DNA of 63,930 nt, counting the filler, from Trichosphaerium sp. ATCC 40318 (taxonomy: Eukaryota; Protista; Tubulinea), in the NCBI GenBank assembly GCA_038496445.1. It is 3 parts of 3 records of this genome, joined end to end, with 100 filler letters (N's around TTAATTAATTAA, not from the genome) between each part and the next. Parts side by side here need not be neighbours in the genome. Positions count along the whole stretch, not along the records: positions 1 to 30,896 come from JALMLS010000145.1; positions 30,997 to 55,124 come from JALMLS010000024.1; 1 more part is not named here. One strand, given 5' to 3'. Below are positions 25,401 through 39,232 of this stretch, piece after piece (the stretch's first letter is position 1; each line of letters opens with the position of its first letter). The translations under genes and the position numbers were made by a program. Under the pieces are notes generated by a model. It ran no database searches, had not been told where the DNA came from, and saw nothing but the letters and a program-made list of their open reading frames with translations.

Positions 25401-27703
25401 GATGAGTTAACTTTAGACGAGGCACGCAGCTTCTCTCTTGTTTTTTTCCCATGCAAAACCTGGTTTTCTTGGATTGGAGACTCTTTTGTTGTAACAAGTG
25501 TCCTCAATTTCATAAATGGTTAAACCGACAACATGAAAAAATTTGACACAGATGTTACTCTTTTGGTTAACTTGTTTTGTAGACTTGTCAGTTTCTCTTA
25601 TCACTATCAAAGTTACATATACACGCTGGAAGACTGGCACAGTTACCTAACTGGGCTAATCTGGTTCAATCACATACCTCAGATACACAAGAACTATCAT
25701 TATTGCCTTTAAAAATACAAAGGTACTCGGCACTAGTTTTGGTTAAAACTCCAATTTGGTGGGCGCTAACTTTGCTTAAAAGGCAATTTGTTCGAGCTAT
25801 GATATCTTTCAGTCTTGGTGATACAAATGATAACCGCGGGGAGTACTTTCATAAAATTGTAGGACCAATTATCGTAAGTAGTAAATGTTTTTACTAAAAA
25901 CTATCTTAAGAACGCGCTTTCTTCACTAACTCTGACAGACACGTTTTGGATCTATCATTCAACGAGGCGATTTTTTGAATATTGCAAAAACACCAGATGT
26001 AGTATCAGAAGTAACAAGACAACTAGAGGTAATGCTTAAGCATAAATAGAGTCGAAAACAAATTACAATACAGAACTTTGTTCTTATTTTTTTCTTATTT
26101 TAGCGTATTCGTGGTGTTGTACAAGGAGCAACAGGAAACAATCACGGTTATGTTGTAAAGTGCCTAGATAATTTCTATAGTGCTTTTTCTGGGTTCATAT
26201 CGATGTACAGAGGATTTCATGACGTGGTTTGGCGTGTTCTTTGTATCTACATGGATTTTGCACATTACGTGGTACTACATCGACCTTTTATTTGTTTTGA
26301 CATGCCAATATTTTCGCAATACGTGCATGGTTGTGCTGCTTTAACGACATTTTTATTAAACTTCTTTTCAAAACTTTATCAAATTCCTCAAGAGCTTACA
26401 CACTTGCACATGGTTGGTATTAATGTGAGTCGTTGAGCATTAGCGCAGTTTAATGTTTTCAAACTCTTGCTGTTTACAATTGTGTATCCATAATGCAACT
26501 CCATGAATCCTAACTTGTTTCTCTTCAAGATCGATTTTATTGAACCAGAAGAAGCAGTTCCTTACTTGGCATCTGCAAACAAAGTTTTACAGTCGTACAG
26601 TGAATGCTATATAGGTACAATAATACTTGTAAACGCCTTAAAAGACCGCTACTAACTTCACTATAGACTACTACAAGCAGAAACTGGATAGCAACGAAGC
26701 AAGAGAAGATAGATACCAAGAACTTAAGTCACTAGTAAAGTGGCTTAATAACTTATCTATATGTACACGTACACAACCAAGCGCTATAGATACAATATTC
26801 TTTGGATTGCAAACAACTATAGGATTGTTAAATCCTGATTTACTCACTGTACGTTTAAATACGAGTGAGATACTTCATTGAAACTAACTTTTCTTTGTAA
26901 ATAGTACAAGAAGATTAGTAATAACTTCTTTCAAGTTATACATGCTATGTTTATATACCACCCTGATAGAATCGCTACTCTACCTACATCTTTATTCAAT
27001 GCATTGATTGAAGCATTACGCTTTGGTCTCAAGCAGTATCCACCAAAATTTCTTCTTTTTTATTGCCTTCAATGGAAAGCGAGTCATTTGTACTCGGTTG
27101 AAAACTGATTAACTTATTTTTCTTAACATATATTCTAAGCACTGAAGATCTTGTTGTACGAAAAGCACTTGAGAGTATCAAAGCGATTGCCCAATACAAC
27201 TTTGAAGTTAAAACAAAAAGTAAGTCCAAAGAAAAACTGTTTTTGTTTCACGTTTACTTTTAAATAATAATAATCAAACGCTGACAATGTATGAAGCTGG
27301 GCAAGAAGGTCTTCCACCGTCTCATAAACCTTTATTATCTGGGTTTGTAAAAATAATGGTAGAATTCATGTTATTTGACGAATTCTTCAACTTGGAGCAC
27401 ATACAGACTGTAGCAATCACTTTCCTTGCCCTCATGTGTTCTGAGCAGGTACCTACAATATTACTCTTCCAAAAAAAGTCACGTGTTTTATACTTATCGC
27501 ATGGTTAGCATACATTTATGCAAGTCGTTCAACAGTTGATTGAATCAAGAGATGAAGTTCAAACAAAAACAAGGCTTCAACAAGTATTTGCTACCTTAAT
27601 GAATGGTACTGATATATCGCTACATTCTTCAAACAAGGATGCATTCAAGAAAAAATTTAAAGACTTTATTGTAACAACAAGAAGCTTCTTGAGCCGAAAA
27701 TAA
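22447..27703 (+). CDS. XPO4: Exportin-4-like importin-beta family protein (more than 20 exons)
   Basis: N-terminus MEAILQQLIEAC..EQYLVQFRQ..ENSNHPLAKFQAVQGLQYNILRNW..IRDYLLISYL..YMIKAQVIRLVAVISKRAW; ECLSWPFG; EAFDALLEAW; FDDQLQSIVHIGR; C-terminus KDAFKKKFKDFIVTTRSFLSRK. All follow the XPO4 pattern. Confidence 0.85.
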
Positions 27704-30700
27704 AAAAGGTGTCTTTGCTTTTGCAATCTCAAGTGGCATATTATGGTTCACTATGAAACTGTTGGTAGCGCATGAAAATTTCATTAGAGCCTTATGGAGC
27801 TTCGGTGTATGTTTTCTAAATGCCAATAAAAAGGTGGCTTATATGCTAGGTACTTTCAATATAGATGTATTTGTACTTATTTAGATAAATGGTAGACAAC
27901 GTATTCCACCTGGAAATTGCTCAAGGTATACCACGTGATTTAAAACAAATAAGGTTTATTGTATGTTAAGTACCTGTCGTGTGGCGTTTCAAAGCCTACA
28001 GGTCGCTTTGGTTATTTATTGCCAATAGTACTATTATGCTAGTTAGAGTTATTGCACTGTAATTGTTACTTCCTTGTCTTGGGCAACGCTGGGAGTGATT
28101 TTGGCCTTAGGTAATACTGTGAGTGGTTGTAGCAACGCTGTGATTGTAGTAGCAGATGCTCATGAACACTAACCCGAATATCGCTTATGAAAAAGGTACT
28201 ATGACGCAAAAAAGACTATATTTAACTACTTGGAGTAATGCTCAAACGTGTTTGCTTAGTACAACTATGGCATATACAGGTGCACTTGATTCTAGTACAC
28301 TCCACCTTCAAATAGGCACACAAATTCGCCTACGTCCTATGTCCTCAAGAAAAGGAATATTGTTACAGTTCTTTTCGAAATGACAAGTAACAAAAAACTG
28401 CAAACCTGAAAGGCATAATATTCTTGTAACAATACAAGTATGAGCTGGCAATTGTTGGATTTTGTACGCTAAATGGTTCGCCTATACATACAACTTAAAG
28501 TGATAGCTAGGCTTCTTACAACTAATTCTAAAGTACACTATCACAAAATGAAAAAGTGCACAAGCCAAAAGCCATTTTCAAACAGAGAATTACTGAAAGT
28601 GTTTTGAATTAAAGTACTTCAATTTTATTTCGTAAACAACGTGGCTGCACCTCATCACGATAAACGTACCACCTCTTATTTCTCTTCTATGTATTCTATC
28701 TATTAGCGCAGCTTTTGCGCAAGTTAGTAAGTATTAAAGTCCACATGACATTAATGCAAAAAAAAAAAGGTGTTGGTGAAACAGGTCAATGTAAACTACT
28801 TGCTAATGGGCAGGAATTTTTTACAATCTCTGTATCTACAACCGGACCAAACGTGCCTTCCTTCATTGTAAACGATGCTGATACAACACCAGATACCGAG
28901 TATCATTTTTTTTATTTCTCGCAGGTCATTTGCTGTTGATTTGATCCAGGTAAGTTGATATCAATATCGTGTTTAATACAGAGATGATTGTAGCTACAAC
29001 CTTAGAATGTACATTTGATACAAGCTTCTTTAATAAATTTTAGCTCTGTGATAACCTTGGCAACACCACCACCAGAACCAGAAAGAGAACCTTGTAGTAG
29101 AAGATTATCTGTAACTTTAACCAATTATATGGATTCATAGTATGTACTTGAACATCGTACATTCCTGTATCCAGATAGTATACGTGCACAAAAATCAATA
29201 AATACTAGTACTACTAATATATCCTGTACATAGCGCATTTGAAATGAAGTTCTTGTCAAAGAAACAGGCCTAATTTCGACTTCTGTTTTATGGTGAAAGT
29301 AAACTGACTTTAGTTTTAGATGGTAGTTTTTTATGATTCCCTATGTGAACATAGTAACTTATGTCACCAACGTGTTCTTTCAATTTCTAGTTGGTGACTA
29401 TGTTGTGATAATATTCTGTTGGAAGGCTGATCATTGCACCGAAGTTTGTGTAAGATCAAATTGTTGTGTACTCATTGAAGTAGCCATCCTAAATGGCCAC
29501 AGAATAAACTGTCTACTCCAATTTATTGTTAAATTCAGGTGTAGCCTTTGCATATACGCAAAGGTATATACCTTAAAGGTAAATATCTCCGAAATAGTGT
29601 CACAAATTTATATCACTGGGAGGTAACAGAAATAAATAGAAGTTTACTTTTAACTATTCTGTAAACAGTCTCTTTTCTCTTTTTTTTTCTTTCTTTCTTT
29701 TTTTTGTTGTTGTTTTGTACCTTCAGATACTGTGCTGTGAGTTCCTTAGTTGCACCATAAATACTTCACTGGTAGGTTAATTAATGGGTTGCCCCGTGCT
29801 TTGCATACAACAAAAAAGATCGAGATACACTGCACTTACTGCTGCAGCTAAAAGTGAGTTCCCACTCTTTAGTTCAGCCTTTGCTATGCAAGTAGATGAA
29901 GCAACATCAGCTTGTACGACACTTTCTTGCTTTGTCACAGCCACCTGAAATACAACAGTATATCTGTGAAATGGAACCTATGTTACCACATGTCATATAA
30001 TAGTAGCACATGACTCTATTTAAGGTAGTCAGCATACGTTTTCAAGTAGACGCTGTGATTGACTCAAAAAAATGCCACTATATCATGCTTTTTTCAATGC
30101 CGCTCCTCTTTGAGTACACAGGCACCAATGTTCGTGTGCTTGTTTTGCACTATGTACTCAACGAATTACATTAATAGCTCATATACCCCAGGCATAATAC
30201 CTCAAAGTCAATGCACTTTTATTTATGTTCTAGTTTTCTTATGTTGTATTCGAATTCTGGTATTCAAATTGGGGTAATACTCATTGTTTGAGAATGCTAG
30301 CTGGAAGCTTTTGCTTCAAGCCCAATCTCCACACAGTTTAAGACCCGCACACAATCAGTAAGCCCGTTGAACCCTTTTTAAAACCCAAGACCAACTTGAC
30401 TTTCACCCACTTTTCGCCTTGACAAAGATGGAGGTAGCACCAGAGGTGATTATTTGTTCGTATGTATTATTACACGCTACTAGAAGCCAAACCAGCCTCA
30501 AACTGCGTTTGAAGCGTTTTTACATTATTACATTATTTTTTAGTCTACAGCAGTAGTACCAAGGGGTATGCACTATTTTTCGCAAAATGGGTCGCGGAAG
30601 AAAATCACGTGATTTGTTGCCTTAAAGCACACGCATTTTACATAGAACAGCACATTTCTTGGTCTATTGTGGCTTCAATTGTCCAAAAGTAGTGCAATTC

Positions 30701-30896
30701 ATTGCACAACTATCGCTTTTTTTTGTTTGTGATTGCGCTCAAAAATACCACTTACTACTTCCATGCTTTACGGTTTGTCATCTCTAACATTTATACATAG
30801 ATTCGGAGAAACTATAATTCTTTATGGTGACACAAACTCTTATGTTGAGCAATTTGTGGCTGAATTTCGAGAATTCTTTAACAAAAACAACATGAA

Positions 30897-30996
30897 NNNN
30901 NNNNNNNNNNNNNNNNNNNNNNNNNNNNNNNNNNNNNNNNTTAATTAATTAANNNNNNNNNNNNNNNNNNNNNNNNNNNNNNNNNNNNNNNNNNNN
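30897..30996. other. Artificial contig-joining spacer
   Basis: N44-TTAATTAATTAA-N44 (stop codons in all six frames). Confidence 0.97.
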
Positions 30997-31895
30997 AAAT
31001 AGCAGGTAATAGAGGAGTGTCAGTAAGTAATCAATGTCTTTGTAGAGGAACGTCTCATCAGAAAACTGTGCGTTAAAGTGATGAACATTTTCAATTTAAA
31101 AAAACATGCTCCAATACCTTAAAGTCGTTGTCAGTTGGATCTTCATCGCTCCATTTCAACACAGCGTAATCAAAACTTGTATCACCCATTCTTAGCTTTG
31201 AAGATGATATTTGAGGCGTAGGTAAAGTTGCCTCATTTGTAACTATTGTAGTAGTTGCAACAGTATTGTTTCCACCGATAGCGTATTTACAGGTGAGTGT
31301 ATCAACCGTGAATTTAGGTGAAGGTTGTTTCTACAGCAAAAAAAAAAAAATCAGAATTTTGGATGATTAATTTCTCTCTCTAAAGCTGGTACCTCGGTCC
31401 AACGACACCTGCGTTGTTTAGAAGATATTGTGGTGTTCACACAGCCGCCTTTTGCTATGGTGTATTCTATCAACTAAGCGTAGAATTAATATTTTTTGAG
31501 TTTTTTTCTAAAACAAGGAAGTAGAGTTACTTCACCGGCAGCGTAGAATTGATAAGTAGTAACGTTTGTGTAAGGAGAGAACAGTCCAGACTGAATAGCG
31601 CCACTCATAGCCTGCGTTTTGGTTAATTATGGAGGATATCGTTTAAAAATGATATTAAGCGCGGTTTTAGAAGTATATATACTGCTGGGTTACGTACTAG
31701 CTGCCATTCATCTTGACCTGTGATTCTGTACTTAATTGTACCCTTGGCTCTTGCTGGCTGACCACCAATGGTACTGGGGCTCAACGTGAGGTAATCAAAC
31801 ATTGCAGAGTTAAAAGTCGCTGGAAGAGGCGTAAAAATAGGCTGAGCATATACTCCCAGTATAACTACAGCTACGAAAAGCAATATTGTTTGCAT
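30997..31895 (-). CDS. Secreted hypothetical protein, multi-exon, truncated at the contig edge
   Basis: Signal peptide MQTILLFVAVVILGVYA, GT-AG introns, and beta-rich downstream exons (KQPSPKFTVDTLTCKYAIGG...FDYAVLKWS). Confidence 0.55.
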
Positions 31896-32147
31896 CGTTG
31901 TACTGTAGGCTTGGTGAAACCAGTTGACTTTTTTACATCTGTTGAGCACTCTGAGAGGTCAAGAGCGTTATCCATATAATTTAGATAGGAGTACTAGAGA
32001 AGCGTACGCTTCCAGGAGCCACACGAGTAGCAGGTTAACATAGACCTGGATTGTCGTTACGGGAAAAGTACTGACGCGAAGCTGTAAATGATACACGTTC
32101 AATTAGGTAGGCCAAGGTGTACAAATTGGTTTTATTGTTTCTCGTGT

Positions 32148-33515
32148 CTATAAAGAAACGAGTAATACACTACACAATAGAATGCCAGCTATGTAAAGGG
32201 TGTTACCTGAAGACCTCAATGACGTTGCATCTACAGGTACTGCTTCAGTTGGTGTTTGTACGATGGTGGAGGTAGGTGCGACTGTAGTAGGTTGGACTGT
32301 AGTAGTAGGTTCTAGCGTTGTTTGTGGCGGTGGTGTGGAAGTGAGGCTAGTTGGTGGGACTGTTGTTGGTGCTGCTGTCGTTGGCTGTTGCGTAGTTGGA
32401 GCTAGAGTAGTTGGTGGTAACGTTGTTGGAGGTAGAGTCGTCGGAGGTAAAGTTGTTGGCGGTAGACTAGTTGGAGGCAGGGTTGTTGGGGATAAAGTTG
32501 TTGGAGCTAGTGTAGTTGGTGGTAACGTAGTTGGTAATGTTGTCGGAGGCAGTGTTGTTGGAGGTAGAGTAGTTGGTGGCAACGTTGTTGGAGGTAGTGT
32601 AGTTGGTGGTAACGTAGTTGGAGGTAGAGTAGTTGGTGGTAACGTTGTGGGAGGTAGCGTAGTCGGTGGTAACGTTGTGGGAGGTAGCGTAGTTGGAGGT
32701 AGTGTAGTTGGTGGCAACGTTGTCGGAGGCAATGTTGTTGGAGGTAGAGTAGTTGGTGGCAGCGTTGTTGGAGGTAGTGTTGTTGGAGGTAGTGTTGTTG
32801 GAGGTAGAGTTGTTGGAGGTAGAGTTGTTGGGGGTGGCGCAAATGAGAATTCGATAGATGTTGTCTGTCTAGGGGTAAGAACTGGCGTTGGCAGGGTAAA
32901 GCTAAAAACACAATTAATGCTAACGTTCAATGATGGAATGACGTACGTAAATAATGTAGAATTGTAGCTTATGCTAGTAGGAGGGTTCATGAAACCAGAT
33001 GACGTCAAAAAAAACCCTACAAACAACTTTAAACAAAATCTACTACGTGGAAATCTAAATGAATAGCTGAAAAAAGTTTCCATTTTGGGAGCGCTCTACA
33101 AAAAAAATCCCTTGAAGGAAATGTACCTGTTACAACTGGTTGAAACATTACGCATGTCATTACCATGTCACTTGAAAATAGAGCTCCGTTTCTGTCTGCG
33201 AAGATAGACAAAGTGAATGTTGTTGGCTCAATGTCAAGGGAGTACGTGTTCGTTGATGTTGCAAATATGTACTCCGTGGTACCAGTGGTTACAAAGAAGT
33301 CTGGATTGTTAGGTTCTGTAGAGTTTTCTATCAAATTGGCCCCAGTACTGCTAAGCACAAGCTCACAGTTACCTTCATCGCCAGCAGCTACATTGTATTT
33401 AATTTCTTGCATTTTAGAGTTTTTTAGAAAAGAACTTTGTTTTTCGTAAAGCGTACGTACTTAGAGACATTGCTACTGTTATAAGACATAGTACACATAG
33501 AAGAGCTTTTATCAT
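32148..33515 (-). CDS. Mucin-like, probably GPI-anchored surface protein
   Basis: Signal peptide MIKALLCVLCLITVAMSL, globular Cys-containing exon, long PPTTL stalk, C-terminal RSSG + hydrophobic tail LYIAGILLCSVLLVSL. Confidence 0.8.
32395..32838 (-). repeat. 15-bp coding tandem repeat (PPTTL)n, nearly 30 units
   Basis: Visible GTTGTTGGAGGTAGW-type periodicity with synonymous variation. Confidence 0.95.
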
Positions 33516-34223
33516 GGTGGTTATTATTGAAAATGAGTAAACTGTGGAGTATTCTCCGCCGTAACAATATCTCCATTTCCGGATTTCACTGTTTGTTCTC
33601 TTTGCAGTTCCTTTCGCCGTCTATAGTAATTTACAACACAATGAAAGGTACAAAAGCTAGTACAATTACCGAAAATCGTACAATGTTTTCTAGGCTTGTA
33701 AACAGACCCGTACGCGTTCAAAATATCTACTAGCGCACGTTTTCGTTTAAATAGAACAAAGGTAGATAGTATTTTCTAAAAGCGGAGCTGACGTCACTGT
33801 ATTTTGATTCCTTTGTTATTAACTGCTCTACGGCTTTGAGTACTGCAGTAGGGTTAGCTGTGCTTTCAACTAACTATGAAAAGAATGGAATACAGGTTGG
33901 AAGCCTTTTTGAAGCGTGTTGGCTTAGGCGATCGTCTATTTGGTATCTCTAGCGCGAATAAACTGAGTTTTACCTGATTATACATTTAACAAGTCCAAAA
34001 CCCAGGTACAACAGTGCATTTGTTACGTATTTCTAACAAACATTCTATGGAGCTAGTTGGAATTAAATAGTGCACAAAGAAAAAAGTGAGATACGAAAGT
34101 GATAACAGCCATAGGTTGGTCATTAATGGCCATCAACACCTGAAGTATAGCCCAGGTGGTAGACATGCGCAGGAGTTTACAATAAGGTGACGCATTTCAT
34201 TGACTGAACCTATGGCAGTGATT

Positions 34224-35649
34224 TTATAATACATCTTCCCAAGGAAAACTTAGATCAACCCTTTGTTTTCTAAGTACAGCCTTACACTCCTCTTGAATAT
34301 CATGTGATTGTTTCATAACAAGGTTTAATCTTATTCTAATACGTGCAGCATCTTGTTTACAAGCCATCTCCTTTTGATACCAACCTACATCTCGTTAAGC
34401 ATACAACTACAAAAAAAATCTCTTAAAACAACTACCTTGCTCTTGACTCATGTTATTCTCGACTATGTGTAATCTTTGTCTTAGTAGATATGATAAAGCC
34501 ATTATATATGGTTCTCTTATACTAGAGAATTGTAGTGATGCTTTTGCAAGAAGCCAAGAGTCTGTATTCCATAGCAGCTTCTTAGCTGTGTTTGTCAAAA
34601 TCATATCTATCATTGCTTTATTGCAAGCATTTTCAGAAGCTTCAGGAACCGATGATGTACTATCCAGAAAAGGTAGTACAAGTGCTAATACCAGTAGCTC
34701 CTATGATTAAAAATGAATAAATACAGAGTATGTAGTATTAACCATACGACAAATTGAGGATCTTTTAGCAACTTAATATGGTTTTTTGCAAAATGCTCTT
34801 TATGTCTTTGAAGTGACTTTTGTGTATCAATAAGCATGCTATCGTTGTATATTTCTTCCCAATCTTTGCGTAGTAAATGAGCTGCCCCTCTTTTATATGT
34901 GTAAGAAGGATGAGAAACGAACTTGGGTACATCTGTAGGGGAGTAAGTGGTCTAACTAAAAACAAAAACATAACCAGACATTGATTAAACTTGTTTGATT
35001 ATTATCACCACGTACCATCTTCCGCCGATCTTTTTATTGTATGTGTATGTAATGGTTTTAGGTACTCTTGGAAGGCCATGACATCTGATAATAGTAACTC
35101 ATTGTCAGTACCAGAAGCGATTTTTTCGTAATGTGCAACTGCCTTTCCAAAAAATTCGTAAATGACTATTAAAACGTGTTAGAGTTGGCGTACTAGCGTG
35201 AGAATATTCTGGTTCTCTTCCATAGCTAGTGTAGGATTGTACAGGATCCTCTGGAGTAGAAGCTTTTGCGCGTTTGCTAGAGCGTTAACCGTTATTTCAA
35301 ACTAAGTGCTCAAGTGTCAATATACGCCATAATCAGGGTTTTGACCGATTTTGTATGTCGTACTTTAATTTCTAAGTTATTTTGCTTCAAAACGCGTAGA
35401 TAGCGCTCCAAGAACTCAAGAGATGATGAATTCGTAGTAGCAATGACCTTTACGTATTATTAATTTAAATTGACATCTAGTACTACACTTCACCTTTTCT
35501 ATGTATTCAGCTTGTTTTATTAGAACTGCAAACGTATGATTGTCGACAGAGGGCAGGTTTTGACATAGTGTAACAAGTTTAGGCAGAAATGCCTCTAGAA
35601 CTTTTTTTATTTGACTCCATGACACCTTTGGATGCGTCCAGCGAGACAT
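34224..35649 (-). CDS. Hypothetical alpha-helical protein, multi-exon
   Basis: ATG at 35649, a chain of GT-AG-bounded open exons, last exon GWYQKEMACKQD...FPWEDVL*. No family recognised. Confidence 0.55.
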
Positions 35650-35692
35650 TAAAAGTTTTGTTTGACTTTAAGCTGAATAAGCCAACAAAAAA

Positions 35693-36510
35693 ATGTTGCA
35701 AGCCTGCACACGCATCTCGCGTGCCCAACAAGCAGTGCGAGCTCAAAAACAACCTAAAACACGCAGTAAGTTACAACTAACTGCTTTTTTTGTGACATCC
35801 ACTAGTACACGCAAAATTCTATGTACGGCAACAGAAGAACAACATAGATGATCTACGGGTGGAATTGAAGAAAGCCAAAAAGCTAACGGCACGATTCTCG
35901 CTGTAGCTCAACTCATCTAAACGCTAGGTGCCAGAAATACCAAGAGATAAGATCGATATGAAGTTTATTCACTCAAGCGGTATTAGTGCATCCCACAACT
36001 TGCAAACTAACCCTCCAACAGGTCCCGGAGGTCAAAATGTTAATAAAGTAGCGACAAAAGCTGAAATGCGGTTCAACGTCTCAGAAGCGACTTGGATTCC
36101 AGAAGAGATTCTAGTACGACCTTTTGCATAAATAACAATCTAAAAACAGTATTCAGGAGCAGTTTCAAGTCCTCAATAAGCACAGAATCACAAAGGCAGG
36201 AGATTTCATTATTACAAGTCAGAAAACACGTTATCAGGTTCTTAATTAATAGACTATTGGCAATCCTCTTACCCTAATCATCGTATAGGAACGTAACATT
36301 GAAGATTGTTACACAAAGCTTCGTCAGTATCTAGAACAAGCCAGTTTCATACCTGGAGAGAAACCACCAGAAGTCATTTCGGAGCACTCCAAAAACAAGC
36401 GCATAGAGGTAAATTAATACCATTAACGTACCCTTACTTACCATATAATAAAGAAAAAGAAGTACAGAGGAGACATTAAGAAGGGTAGAAGCCAAAAGGT
36501 TGACTTTTAA
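35693..36510 (+). CDS. ICT1: Mitochondrial peptidyl-tRNA hydrolase ICT1/mL62 (ArfB-like)
   Basis: Presequence [76 protein letters not shown]; basic tail KKKYRGDIKKGRSQKVDF*. Confidence 0.92.
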
Positions 36511-36605
36511 AAAAAAACATGTCAAAAAAAAAAAAGAAAGCTCACCTTTAACTTACCAACTCACCTCTCTATTACACGTACAAAAAAAAAACTGCAAGCA
36601 ACCGC

Positions 36606-37799
36606 TCACAAAAACCCAAAAGGAAATGAATCAGGAAATGGCAAGTGATTGCTTAGTATAACTCTCTGCTTTGTAATAATCCAAATGTAAAATAACGAAC
36701 ATGGACTTTGTTTTCGCATTTTTTTTCTTCTATTTAATTTACAGCTATTGTCTGTATTAAAATCACGCACCAGACGTACCAGTATCATAATTTTATTTCT
36801 ACAATAAGGTGGGTAAGCAAAAAGAAGAATTTTGATGCTGTCAAAAGGAGACATCAAGAAAAAACAAGAAATTTTTCAACAACAAAAAAAAAAAAAGAAA
36901 AGGAATAAAAAAAAATCATTACCCGTCGTTCCGTACCAATTTTACTTACCGAAACTTGGATTCAAAAATTCCAACAAAAAAAAACTCACCCAGTCTTTGT
37001 ACCAAAGCAAAAAAAAAAAAATTTTCTTACCCACACAACACTGTATGTTTTGATTCTGGACTATTAAAAAGAACGTACCGATAACGGGAAACTTACCAAT
37101 ATCACCGTGTAGTGTCGTACCATCTGTGGTTGTCATACTGTCAGAACTGTTAAGCGCATCTTGTAAAGAGTACAAGAAGTCAAGATACGCAGGAGGCGCT
37201 TGTGCTGTACTGGTCGGTTGCTCTGAAACTGTTTTGGCCTGTTTAGTAGTTTGACGTGGGACCGCAGACTGAGTTGCTTTCGGTTTAGGCTAAGTGAGTT
37301 AATAAAATGTTTAATGCATCAATAGTACCTTAGAACATGACCGTCTCCGTTTGTATGAGTATTCAGGATGAGCAGCCTTGAATTTTGCTTGAAGGTCTTT
37401 TGCTTTCGCTTTAAATTGTTGTTTCTTGTCTTCGTCTAGCGCTCTCCACTTCTCACTTAGCATCTTTGTGGCTGTGACGTTGTGTAGACCTGGGTATTGA
37501 AGGCGAAGTGCTGGGCGTTCGCTTTGACAAAATAGAATGTATGCGTTTGGTGGTCGTTTGGGTCTATCCTTCTCTAGTTTTCTTTTTCGCGTGCTTTTTT
37601 GTGGTTTTTTGTTGTTTGTAGTCGAAATACCAAACAGTAGGTCGCAAAATGTGTCTGCGTCAGTAGCAGTGAGCGCAGCTTCTATATTGTAGCCGCGGTC
37701 TTTTGAAATTGCTTTGCCCTGAGCTACTTCAACGGTGCTTGGTTGGGGAAACGGAAGGTCGTTTGTAAAAGGCAACATTGAGTCTAAGGTGATGCTCAT
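36606..37799 (-). CDS. HMG-box protein
   Basis: RPKRPPNAYILFCQSERPALRLQYPGLHNVTATKMLSEKWRALDEDKKQQFKAKAKDLQAKFKAAHPEYSYK. The 3' exons and end are approximate. Confidence 0.85.
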
Positions 37800-37857
37800 T
37801 GTACGTGTAACTGTTATTTTATTACATTTGACTTTTTTTTTCTCGCAGTTTGTCGTG

Positions 37858-39159
37858 ATGGAAAACGTAAGAGAAGCATCTCACGCTGGGTCGTGGTACA
37901 CGTCAAGAGGTATGTGTGGGTTGTTTGGTTTTGTACAAAAAAACTGGGTTTAAATACGGGTTTTAGGAAAGCAATTACGTAGCGAACTTGATGCGTATCT
38001 TGGTAACGCAAAGAGTGAGGATCGTGCTGTTCAGGCAATTATTGGACCGTACGATAAATCTGTACAGTATTGTTTTTGACTACGTTAGGCATGCTGGTTA
38101 TAGCTACTGTGGAGAAACCTTGGCGTGGGCATACAAAAACGTTAATTCTGACCACATGTAATAACCGTAAACTGAAATTACAACCTGACACTTCTTCAGA
38201 GACCGTATTATTCTCATTGGACCAAGCCATCGCATGAGTTACGAAGGATTAGCATTATCATCAATGTCTGAGTACGAAACGCCTCTCGGTAACATTTCTA
38301 TTGATACACAAGGTGCCCAACTTTTTTTAAACGTGTCTGACGCCTTCACAGAGGTTAAGAAGTTACTCGACACGAGAATGTTTGGTTCCTTCGACAAAGA
38401 CGATGACGAGGAAGAACACTCCCTTGAGATGCATCTCCCTTTTATTAAACGTGTAATGGGCGAGTACGTGAATAGCAAATTATGATCTAGTCTCACACTC
38501 TTACATCTGTTCATAGAAAAGAGTTTACACTTGTACCAATGCTTGCTGGACAAGTCTCACCTTCATTATCAAATAAATATGCTGGTATATTTGAGAAATA
38601 CATAGACGATCCTCATACCTTGATTATCATCTCAACAGACTTTTGTCATTGGGGTAGTCGCTTTGGGTATGGTCAAATGAAAAAAACTGAAAAAAATATC
38701 TTTATCACCTTCGCGATCTTCACGTTTTTTATTCATCCCAAGGTACACGTATTACGAGAAGAAGTATAAAAAAATACACGAGTCTATAACAGCACTTGAT
38801 AAACGTGGTATGGAAGCCATTGGTACGTTTGCTACTGTACCAACACTGGTTTTCTTAATTTTTTATTGTTAGAAAGTGGTGATCCCAATAAATTCTGGAA
38901 GTATATTACTTCCACTAGAAACACAATTTGTGGTCGACATGCTATACTTGTACGTCTGAATTTACCCGTTAAAGAATATACCACAGTAATGTACTTATGT
39001 CCATTGTAATAGGTATTAATGAGTTCTCTTCGTAAAGCAATGGCTAAGACTGCAAAAGAAGCCGAAATTAAGTTTGTTCATTACTCGCAATCAAGCCAGT
39101 GTAAATCCTTTTCTGATTCTTCAGTCAGTTACGCAGCAGGAGTGGTCTTTTCGGAGTAG
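37858..39159 (+). CDS. MEMO1: MEMO1 family protein
   Basis: VREASHAGSWY; HAGYSYCG; LIGPSH; YETPLG; EEEHSLEMHLP; ISTDFCHWGSRF; NTICGRH; YSQSSQCKSFSDSSVSYAAG. Confidence 0.95.
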
Positions 39160-39232
39160 ATAAAGACCTTCAATGCTATCAATAAGGACCTCGGTGTTCT
39201 TATACTTGTACATAGATAATAAATCACAATCA

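Noticed and set aside
30560-30702. Weak inverted repeat around TGCACTAYTTTT suggesting a small MITE
   Set aside because: Too degenerate and no TSD.
30897-30996. TTAATTAATTAA palindrome within Ns (also 55125-55224)
   Set aside because: Synthetic contig linker. Adjacency across it, such as PolA next to UHRF1, has no biological meaning.
32200-32967. Plus-strand Val/Gly-rich ORF and alternate-frame Gln/Leu ORF
   Set aside because: Shadow frames of the PPTTL repeat. The minus frame has the signal peptide and GPI-like tail.
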